A program made the translations under genes and the position numbers. A model generated the notes under the pieces. The model was not told the DNA's origin. It searched no databases and saw only the letters and a list, made by a program, of their open reading frames with translations. Below are positions 1 through 5,567 of a stretch of DNA of 5,567 nt, in pieces. The DNA lies in the IMG/VR virus record IMGVR_UViG_2703718778_000001, positions 1-5,567 of that record, one strand, 5' to 3'. How positions within the stretch are numbered: position 1 is the first letter of the stretch; each line of letters begins with the position of its first letter. The DNA is from a virus. Lineage: Duplodnaviria; Heunggongvirae; Uroviricota; Caudoviricetes.

Positions 1-367
1 CCTGCGCAACGCAGAGGGAACAGAGCTGGCAGCAGTGACCGAATTTCTGGCGTTCATTTCACGCAATATGCATGACGAAAGCCCGGGCAATTCACTGACC
101 ATATGGTGCAAGGGCGCATCCTTCGATTTCCCGATCCTGAAATCCGCCATAACACGCACAGCCGGAGAAAAAAGCATTCCGTGGTGCTACTGGAACGAGC
201 GCTGTATGCGCCCGCTTATCGCCATGGCTGAGTCAACGGGCTGGAAAATGCCAGGCAGATCAGGAAAAGAGGCCATTGCTCACACCGCACTAAGCGACGC
301 CATTTACCAGGCAAAGATCGTGTCAGAAATCTGGCAGCGCTTCACAACACCATTCCTGAACATATGA
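1..367 (+). CDS. DnaQ/DEDDh-like 3'-5' exonuclease, C-terminal part (5' end lies outside the window)
   Basis: The reading frame is open from position 2 to the TAA/TGA stop at 365-367, so the listed GTG at 35 is probably internal and the gene starts upstream. The C-terminal region carries an H-x-A-L-x-D-A motif (AHTALSDAIYQ) resembling the Exo III motif of DnaQ/RNase T-type exonucleases. Family assignment is from motif recall only. Confidence 0.55.
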   Translation, partial: LRNAEGTELAAVTEFLAFISRNMHDESPGNSLTIWCKGASFDFPILKSAITRTAGEKSIPWCYWNERCMRPLIAMAESTGWKMPGRSGKEAIAHTALSDAIYQAKIVSEIWQRFTTPFLNI

Positions 368-599
368 GGTGAAGCCATGGTCGCAATCCTGAATATGCGT
401 TGCCGCCCCCCCTGAACGTGGAAACAAAAGCCCGCACGTCTCTGCGCTTATTTCGCAACGGAGCGCGGAATTTTTCACGCATAAAGCCCCACGACTACCT
501 GGTCATAAGAATCGGTTTTCGCTGGCGATTACTGAGCAAAAACAACGGGAAGTCATGGGATTTATTAACGCACGAAACCTATAACAGAGAGGCCGCGTT

Positions 600-1574
600 A
601 TGAGCGAAAAACTGTTATCCGGCACACCGCTGAAATGGGTGGGCGGAAAAAACCGCATCATGGACACACTGAAGGCGCACCTGCCAGAAGCTGACTGCCT
701 GGTTGAGCCGTTCGTGGGTGGCGCATCGGTATTCATGAACACCCGTTACAGCCGCTGCATCCTTGGAGATTCCAACGGTGCGCTGATTAATTTCTGGCGG
801 GCAGCACGGGACAACACCGACAGCCTGATCGATGAGGCAAAAGACCTGTTCCTGGAACATAACAACAGGGCTGACTATCTCGCCATCCGCAACACCTTTA
901 ATGCAGAGAATCATGCATTCCTGAGCACGGGAATAAGCGACCGTCGGAAACTGCGACTGGCCGCCATGTTTTTGTACCTCAACCGACACTGTTTTAACGG
1001 CCTGTTCCGCGTGAATGGAAAAGGCGATTTTAACGTTCCTTTCGGCAGCTACAGCAAACCTTATTTTCCTGAGCGGGAGATCCGCGCATTTGCAGACAAG
1101 GCAAACAGCACCCGAACACTGCTTGTTCATGGCGATTTTCGAAAAACGCTGAGCTGTGCCAGCCACCTGTTCAGCATGGGTAACACGCTTTGCGTGTACT
1201 GCGATCCCCCTTACCTGCCATTCAGTGGCCGGGACAATTTCACCGCCTATGGAAAACCATTCACGAAGGACGACCACATTCGCCTGAGAGCAGCGCTTGA
1301 CCGCCTTTCACAGGAAACGGGCGGCATGACCAGCATCACCATCTCCAATTCCGACACACCGGAAACCAGACGCATTTATCAGGGTTACCGGATGAACTGC
1401 ATACAGGCACCACGAAGCGTTGGCGCAAGAACCAGTGAACCCGCAATGGAAGTTATCGCCACCCTGAAGCAGTGCGACACCTGCGGTCGCCATGGCGGTG
1501 GCTGGTGCCCGGACTGCGGCCCGGCGACGGGAGATGCAACGTACAGCGCGATGTTTACCTCTGCTCACCCGTGA
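600..1574 (+). CDS. dam: Dam-family N6-adenine DNA methyltransferase (probably GATC-specific), with a ~35-aa Cys-rich C-terminal tail
   Basis: ATG at 600 is preceded by AGAGAGG (585-591). The protein has the Dam hallmarks LKWVGGK near the N-terminus, CLVEPFVGGASVF, FLYLNR..FNG..R.N..G.FNVPFG.Y.KPYFPE, and the catalytic DPPY motif (VYCDPPYLPFS), co-linear with E. coli Dam as I recall it. The extra tail contains CDTCGRHGGGWCPDCG (CxxC-x7-CxxC). Confidence 0.92.
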   Translation: MSEKLLSGTPLKWVGGKNRIMDTLKAHLPEADCLVEPFVGGASVFMNTRYSRCILGDSNGALINFWRAARDNTDSLIDEAKDLFLEHNNRADYLAIRNTFNAENHAFLSTGISDRRKLRLAAMFLYLNRHCFNGLFRVNGKGDFNVPFGSYSKPYFPEREIRAFADKANSTRTLLVHGDFRKTLSCASHLFSMGNTLCVYCDPPYLPFSGRDNFTAYGKPFTKDDHIRLRAALDRLSQETGGMTSITISNSDTPETRRIYQGYRMNCIQAPRSVGARTSEPAMEVIATLKQCDTCGRHGGGWCPDCGPATGDATYSAMFTSAHP

Positions 1575-1609
1575 ATAACCAGATGAATCAGCAACACAGG
1601 AGTCAACCG

Positions 1610-1855
1610 GTGAATAACAAAAGCACGCAGCAATCAATCGTCGTTTCAGCACTGAGATATCTGGCCTGCATCAAACAACAGGAAGCAAGAGAGGCGGTGG
1701 AGAAGCGGGATTCGGGGATATTTGTGGCACTTGGACACAGCTATACGGCAATGCTTGCCAGCAGGTCCGCTGAATTCATTGAGGAGCAGCAACGGGAAAT
1801 TGAGGCACTTAAAACCGCAGCAAACAAGGAACGGAGAGGAAGGGGCGAACAATGA
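1610..1855 (+). CDS. hypothetical small protein (~81 aa) with a charged, coiled-coil-like C-terminus
   Basis: GTG at 1610 is preceded by AGGAG (1598-1602) at 7-nt spacing; an in-frame ATG at 1583 without a Shine-Dalgarno is the alternative start. The listed ORF start at 1472 lies inside dam and is rejected. The TGA stop at 1853-1855 overlaps the next ATG (ATGA). Confidence 0.5.
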   Translation: MNNKSTQQSIVVSALRYLACIKQQEAREAVEKRDSGIFVALGHSYTAMLASRSAEFIEEQQREIEALKTAANKERRGRGEQ

Positions 1856-2070
1856 TCCAGGAATCAACCATTATCCGGTTCACAGCCAACGGCCGTCAGT
1901 ACGAAGTCGACGAAAGCCTGATTGACCCGGGCATGACACGCCAGGACTCACGCAATCCTGAGATGCATCACATCCGCCTTATCAACGGTTCGCACTTCTG
2001 CGCCACAAACGTGGAAGAAGTACGCGTGCTGACAGCAACACGCAATACGGGAGGTAAAGCATGGCAGTGA
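1852..2070 (+). CDS. hypothetical protein (72 aa)
   Basis: ATG at 1852 is preceded by GGAGAGGAAGGGG and overlaps the upstream stop as ATGA, suggesting translational coupling. Its 3' end overlaps the next gene's start by 10 nt. No recognisable motif. Confidence 0.55.
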   Translation: MIQESTIIRFTANGRQYEVDESLIDPGMTRQDSRNPEMHHIRLINGSHFCATNVEEVRVLTATRNTGGKAWQ

Positions 2071-2411
2071 TTTATATCGCCGGTCCCATGACCGGATGCA
2101 AAGACCACAACAGGACGGCATTTTGCGCGGAGGACCTGAAACTTCGGTGCGCCGGAAACATCGTTCTTAATCCTGCCGTGCTGCCTGACGGATTAAGCCA
2201 GCAGCAGTACATGAGCATTTGTATTCCGATGCTCATGTGTGCCGATGCCATTTACTTACTGGATGGATGGGAAGAGTCCGCTGGCGCACGGGCTGAGTAC
2301 GCAATGGCACTCAAGCTGAACATGCCGGTGTCATTCCCGGAAAATCGGGCGGCCGGCGAAACTGTCGCACAGCTGCTTGGCAAATCAAAAGCCGCACAGG
2401 CGACTGAGTAA
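2061..2411 (+). CDS. DUF4406 / nucleoside 2-deoxyribosyltransferase-like (NDT-fold) protein
   Basis: ATG at 2061 is preceded by GGGAGG (2049-2054). The N-terminal YIAGPMTG motif resembles the conserved YxAGP motif of the nucleoside 2-deoxyribosyltransferase-like superfamily. The protein is small (116 aa) and standalone. Family assignment is from motif recall and needs an HMM check. Confidence 0.65.
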   Translation: MAVIYIAGPMTGCKDHNRTAFCAEDLKLRCAGNIVLNPAVLPDGLSQQQYMSICIPMLMCADAIYLLDGWEESAGARAEYAMALKLNMPVSFPENRAAGETVAQLLGKSKAAQATE

Positions 2412-2909
2412 CCGACCGGAGATCGAAACATGATTGCGCGAAGAGCTGCCAACCGCCTCACAGGCTTTATTCCAGGCAAGATTAATCATGCACTCCATGA
2501 TGGGACTGTCACTTTCCTCAACAAAGGAGAGGCGCGCAATCATGCATTCCTTACTAATCACATGGCGCTGACTGATAAGGCGCTGGTAACTGACTGCCTG
2601 CCATTCAGCCTTTTCAGCCCTGCGTTCAAAACTGGCAGCCATGCACTGCCAGAGCAGAAACAGAACCACACTGAAGAGTACCAACACAACAAAATCACAC
2701 AGGACAAACGCCGCAACACCAACCAGAAAGGCGCTGATTCGCAGAGCAGCAGAAACGCGTCGGTGAAACACACATGTAATACGTTCAAGCCAGTAGCTGT
2801 ACCACAGGTCAAAAAGAATGTCGTAATCAGAAGGGAGCTTATCACTCATCAGAAACACCCCGCGTATGCAGACAATCACCCGTTGCCAGGTGATATTAAT
2901 TCGCCACAT
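2385..2909 (-). CDS. candidate hypothetical membrane protein (one predicted transmembrane helix); low-confidence gene
   Basis: The minus-strand ORF is open from 2933 to 2385, with ATG candidates at 2909 and 2849 and only weak Shine-Dalgarno support. It has a ~30-aa hydrophobic segment (ISAFLVGVAAFVLCDFVVLVLFSVVLFLLW). Over the first ~168 codon triplets of the region (2430-2933), first-codon-position composition is more gene-like on the minus strand (G about 32%, T about 21%) than on the + strand shadow frame (G about 25%, T about 10%), by manual count. Its 3' end overlaps the DUF4406 gene convergently by 27 nt. Confidence 0.3.
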   Translation of the reverse strand: MWRINITWQRVIVCIRGVFLMSDKLPSDYDILFDLWYSYWLERITCVFHRRVSAALRISAFLVGVAAFVLCDFVVLVLFSVVLFLLWQCMAASFERRAEKAEWQAVSYQRLISQRHVISKECMIARLSFVEESDSPIMECMINLAWNKACEAVGSSSRNHVSISGRLLSRLCGF

Positions 2910-3032
2910 TCTAACCACATCAGCACGCAACACAAAAACCGCTTGCCAGCGCTCGTCGTGTCAGGTTACATTTCCGCTGCACCTCATAAAACGGGTGCCG
3001 GGATTGGAACCCCGCCGACTAGCAAAGCGCAC

Positions 3033-3053
3033 AACCGCGCCAGCGGTTTTTTT
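3033..3053 (+). terminator. candidate intrinsic terminator: short GC stem-loop followed by a T7 run
   Basis: AACCGC (3033-3038) pairs with GCGGTT (3043-3048) around a GCCA loop, then TTTTTTT spans 3047-3053. The U-tract follows the stem only on the + strand. The stem is short (4 G-C plus 2 A-U pairs), so strength is uncertain. Confidence 0.35.
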
Positions 3054-3106
3054 GTGCGTACTGTATCGCCACGTCTTTTTCGCGTCAGAATAATGGCGGG
3101 GCGTAC

Positions 3107-3130
3107 GGGGCCGACTTCGGTCGGGCCGGG
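3107..3130 (+). other. GC-rich stem-loop with a UUCG tetraloop (structured RNA or DNA element)
   Basis: CCGAC (3111-3115) pairs with GTCGG (3120-3124) around TTCG (3116-3119), with flanking G/C pairs able to extend the stem across one mismatch. It is followed by GGGTTCTTT. It sits in the region with no convincing + strand gene. Confidence 0.4.
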
Positions 3131-3232
3131 TTCTTTGCTAGCCGGTAGTTCCAACCCTGTACGTCTCGCCACCCTGAGCTTGGAACCTCGGGTTGGTGAG
3201 TTTTCAGAACTTACTAGCAAAGAGGCCACACC

Positions 3233-3460
3233 ATGGCAAACCGCAAGCAACAGCGCGCCCGCGCTGAGCGTCTTCACATCCGCACTGAAATCAACCGCAG
3301 ACTTTTCCGCGCCTCACGCGTCGCGCAAATCATGCACATCAATATGCTGCATGAGCGCACTCACGCTCTGTCAAACCGTTACTGTGCCGCTGTTTTCAGC
3401 TACCTGGCGGATGATCTCGCGGAGCTGCAGGACCTTATCAACCAGCAACACCACCACTAA
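3233..3460 (+). CDS. hypothetical small basic protein (75 aa)
   Basis: ATG at 3233 is preceded by AGAGG (3221-3225) at 7-nt spacing. The N-terminus is strongly basic (MANRKQQRARAERLHIRTEINRR) and the protein ends in HHH. Its position two genes upstream of the replication gene matches the small-ORF cluster of P2-like phages. Confidence 0.55.
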   Translation: MANRKQQRARAERLHIRTEINRRLFRASRVAQIMHINMLHERTHALSNRYCAAVFSYLADDLAELQDLINQQHHH

Positions 3461-3528
3461 ACAACATCCTGAAGCCATCCCGCACCCGTGCGCGGGAGGC
3501 TTCCGCACGTCTGTTACCGGAGGTTCTC

Positions 3529-3945
3529 ATGAAGAGCGTTAAGGGACTTTCAGATATTCAGGACTTTTTTAACTGGATGTGGGCGGTGGATCCCCTGCTG
3601 GCTTCCCGCCTGAACAACTGGCACGACTACTACCGCCGCGCCTGTAAACAGGCCGCCCGCAGCATCACCACATACGGGGATTTCTCCTTCACCGTTGACG
3701 GTCGTTACCGCGTGGACGTGAAAGGTGACGGTGATGGCTTTGGTTTATTTCACATCAACGGCACCGACAGTACCGCCATCAGCTGGTCATCGTCAGAGAT
3801 GGCACTGGTTCTGGAAATGACAACCCACAGCGTGGCCGTGAAAGGCATATACACCGCAGAAGACTTTATCGGTGAATACCAGCGCCTTCTCGTGCTGTAC
3901 CGCGCGGCGTTTCAGGAGGTCACTGGCGGGGAGTACGACGCATGA
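3529..3945 (+). CDS. hypothetical protein (138 aa)
   Basis: ATG at 3529 is preceded by GGAGG (3519-3523). The TGA stop at 3943-3945 overlaps the ATG of the downstream replication gene (ATGA at 3942-3945). No recognisable motif. Confidence 0.65.
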   Translation: MKSVKGLSDIQDFFNWMWAVDPLLASRLNNWHDYYRRACKQAARSITTYGDFSFTVDGRYRVDVKGDGDGFGLFHINGTDSTAISWSSSEMALVLEMTTHSVAVKGIYTAEDFIGEYQRLLVLYRAAFQEVTGGEYDA

Positions 3946-5567
3946 GTGACCGCAATGCACAGCTGGCGTACCCGTGGAACGCACCGCTACCGGTTATCGA
4001 TCCTGAAACGTTCGGCAGAGCACAACCAACCGCATTACGCCAGGCCATTCAGAGCTACATCAACGAGGACATTCGCATTGATGCCAGACTGGATGAAGAA
4101 ACCGTCTCCTTCCTGACAAACACAGACGAAGGCAAGCGAATTAATTCGCATCTTCACCACGACGAAGAGCGTCGGGTCAGACTGGAAAAACTGGCGAAGC
4201 ACAAACGCGAGAATCCGCCCACGGTGGTATCGGAAGCCATGGCAGAACTTCGCGCCCTGCCCTCGTTTCTTGGCAACGTGCTCATTCGTGATCTGGCGCG
4301 TTTAAACCGCAAACAACAAAGCGCCCGCAATGAAGGCGTGAAAAACAACAACACTCACGTGGCCGATAACTTCGTTCGCCGTGGACTGCGCACACGCCTG
4401 AAACGCATCGAACAGGTGAATGAATGCTTCGCCACGACGGCATTCAAAGCCACCGCAGCGCGTCATCGCCTTGATGAATTACTCATGCTGCCACAACTCA
4501 ACCGTGATCAAATTCAGCGCCTTGCCACACTAACGGCGGCGGCATTTTCCACCGAACTGGAACGCAGATGTGATGAAGTTACTGAGCGGACAGGAAAAGG
4601 CGACGATAACCTGTTTACCTGGTTGCTGACTTACCAGCAGCTGGCGCGCATGGCAATAAAACTGGGCGTGAACCCACCATACTGGCCGTCACTCGAGATC
4701 AGACGTGACCGCCGCACGGCACCAGACCCTGAACTGGTACCGGGCGCGGTAATGCGTATCACCTGCGCCACCTGGTGGAACAACCAGCTGCGCCACCTCG
4801 CTGATCTCTGGCGGGAGGAATTACTGCGTGCCGCCGGAAGAGTATCGCGCAAGGCATCCCCCTACATCAGCCATGAGTCACTCCAGGAATTCCGGGAGAA
4901 ACGCCAGCGCACCCGTGATTTTCTCAAAAGCTGGGACATTGAAAACGAAGACGGTGAACGCCTGAGCCTGGAGGACGTGTACTGGTCAGGGCTGGGGAAT
5001 CCGCGCAACCGCCGCAACGAGATGATGGCCTGCGTCAGAGGGATGGAACAGGTCGCCGAATCGCGTGGTGACTCCGCGTTCTTCGTGACAGTGACCTGCC
5101 CTTCCCGCTTTCACAGCGTAAACGAGGACGGCAGCCTGAACCCGAAATACAACGGTGCCACCGTGCGCGATGCCAGTGATTATCTGGTTTACGACGTCTT
5201 TGCAGCTGCAAGAAAAAAACTCAACAAAGAAGGCCTGAGCTGGTACGGGGTGCGCACCGTTGAGCCACACCATGACGGCACACCGCACTGGCACATGCTG
5301 GTATTCACCGCCCCGGACAATGAAGAACGCATCATTGAAATCATGCGTGACGCAGCAATCAAATCAGATCGCGCAGAACTGGGGAATGATATTTCTCCGC
5401 GCTTCAAATGCGAAAAAATCGACCCGGCAAAAGGCACACCGGCAAGCTACATCGCAACCTATATTGGCAAGAACCTGGACGCCAGCACCTTTCACGACAA
5501 TGACCCGAAAACCGGCAAACCTTACGCCGATAAAGAATCGGGAAAAACCATGGCGGAAACCGTGGAA
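3942..5567 (+). CDS. A: P2 gpA-family rolling-circle replication initiation endonuclease, N-terminal ~542 codons (3' end lies outside the window)
   Basis: The ORF starts at ATG 3942, preceded by GGGGAG, and by manual translation has no stop through the window end at 5567. It is absent from the supplied ORF track only because it has no stop in the window. It contains an HUH-type motif (PHWHMLVF, codons at 5283-5306) typical of the HUH endonuclease superfamily to which P2 gpA belongs. Overall similarity to P2/186 A protein is from recall. Confidence 0.88.
   Translation, partial: MSDRNAQLAYPWNAPLPVIDPETFGRAQPTALRQAIQSYINEDIRIDARLDEETVSFLTNTDEGKRINSHLHHDEERRVRLEKLAKHKRENPPTVVSEAMAELRALPSFLGNVLIRDLARLNRKQQSARNEGVKNNNTHVADNFVRRGLRTRLKRIEQVNECFATTAFKATAARHRLDELLMLPQLNRDQIQRLATLTAAAFSTELERRCDEVTERTGKGDDNLFTWLLTYQQLARMAIKLGVNPPYWPSLEIRRDRRTAPDPELVPGAVMRITCATWWNNQLRHLADLWREELLRAAGRVSRKASPYISHESLQEFREKRQRTRDFLKSWDIENEDGERLSLEDVYWSGLGNPRNRRNEMMACVRGMEQVAESRGDSAFFVTVTCPSRFHSVNEDGSLNPKYNGATVRDASDYLVYDVFAAARKKLNKEGLSWYGVRTVEPHHDGTPHWHMLVFTAPDNEERIIEIMRDAAIKSDRAELGNDISPRFKCEKIDPAKGTPASYIATYIGKNLDASTFHDNDPKTGKPYADKESGKTMAETVE

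Noticed and set aside
400-603. 67-aa + strand ORF in the exonuclease-dam intergenic gap
   Set aside because: The start is a TTG with no Shine-Dalgarno, the composition is not protein-like, and its end overlaps the dam start in another frame.
615-1277. Minus-strand ORF of 220 aa lying entirely inside dam
   Set aside because: It is antisense to a confidently identified, motif-rich Dam gene, which makes it a typical shadow ORF.
1472-1609. Upstream extension of the 1610-1855 gene into dam
   Set aside because: The listed start at 1472 lies about 100 bp inside the dam coding sequence in another frame. Starts at GTG 1610 (with AGGAG) or ATG 1583, just after the dam stop, are far more plausible.
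1646-1925. ORFs 1646-1867 (minus) and 1722-1925 (+)
   Set aside because: Both overlap the better-supported, translationally coupled genes at 1610-1855 and 1852-2070 in other frames or on the other strand.
3001-3160. Retron msr-msd-like non-coding RNA
   Set aside because: Flanking near-inverted repeats and internal hairpins are reminiscent of a retron, but no reverse transcriptase ORF is present anywhere in the window, and the downstream genes are small unknown proteins followed by gpA.
2984-3277. Minus-strand ORF of 97 aa with a signal-peptide-like N-terminus (MKTLSAGALLLAVCHGVASLL)
   Set aside because: It would need a GTG start at 3277 inside the start of the 3233-3460 gene, has no ribosome-binding site, contains no internal Met, and runs through the hairpin-rich region. 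It is probably a chance open frame in GC-rich structured sequence.
2430-3542. + strand ORF of 370 codons spanning the unassigned region
   Set aside because: The product is low-complexity-like (rich in H, N, T, Q, K, S, P), has atypical first-codon-position composition (G about 25%, T about 10%), and runs out of frame through two downstream genes that have good ribosome-binding sites. It is most likely the open shadow frame of the minus-strand ORF or of non-coding sequence. This is not certain; only expression data would settle it.
3793-5437. Several minus-strand ORFs of 63-102 aa (3793-3984, 4154-4354, 4631-4852, 4986-5294, 5189-5437)
   Set aside because: All lie antisense within confident + strand coding sequence (mostly gpA) and are short, with no ribosome-binding sites examined or found. 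They are treated as shadow ORFs.
1-5567. tRNA, rRNA, CRISPR array, insertion sequence or integrase
   Set aside because: No tRNA-like cloverleaf signature (such as a GTTCRANYC T-loop with a 7-bp acceptor stem), no regularly spaced direct-repeat array, no terminal inverted repeats flanking a transposase-like ORF, and no recombinase-like ORF were seen.

Overview
This window reads as the early/replication region of a P2/186-family temperate phage or prophage from an enterobacterial host. All confident genes are on the + strand and tightly packed, often with overlapping stop/start codons: a 5'-truncated DnaQ-like 3'-5' exonuclease, a 232-bp intergenic gap, a Dam-family N6-adenine DNA methyltransferase with an unusual Cys-rich C-terminal tail, two small hypothetical proteins, a DUF4406 / nucleoside 2-deoxyribosyltransferase-like protein, then an ~820-bp stretch with no convincing + strand gene, two more small hypothetical proteins, and the N-terminal ~540 codons of a P2 gpA-type rolling-circle replication initiator running off the 3' edge. 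The stretch at 2412-3232 is the most unusual part: it carries a possible minus-strand membrane-protein ORF (low confidence), a + strand terminator-like hairpin with a T7 run, and a GC-rich UUCG-capped hairpin. No rRNA, tRNA, CRISPR array, transposase or integrase was seen. All calls rest on reading the sequence and recalled family motifs; no database search was run.
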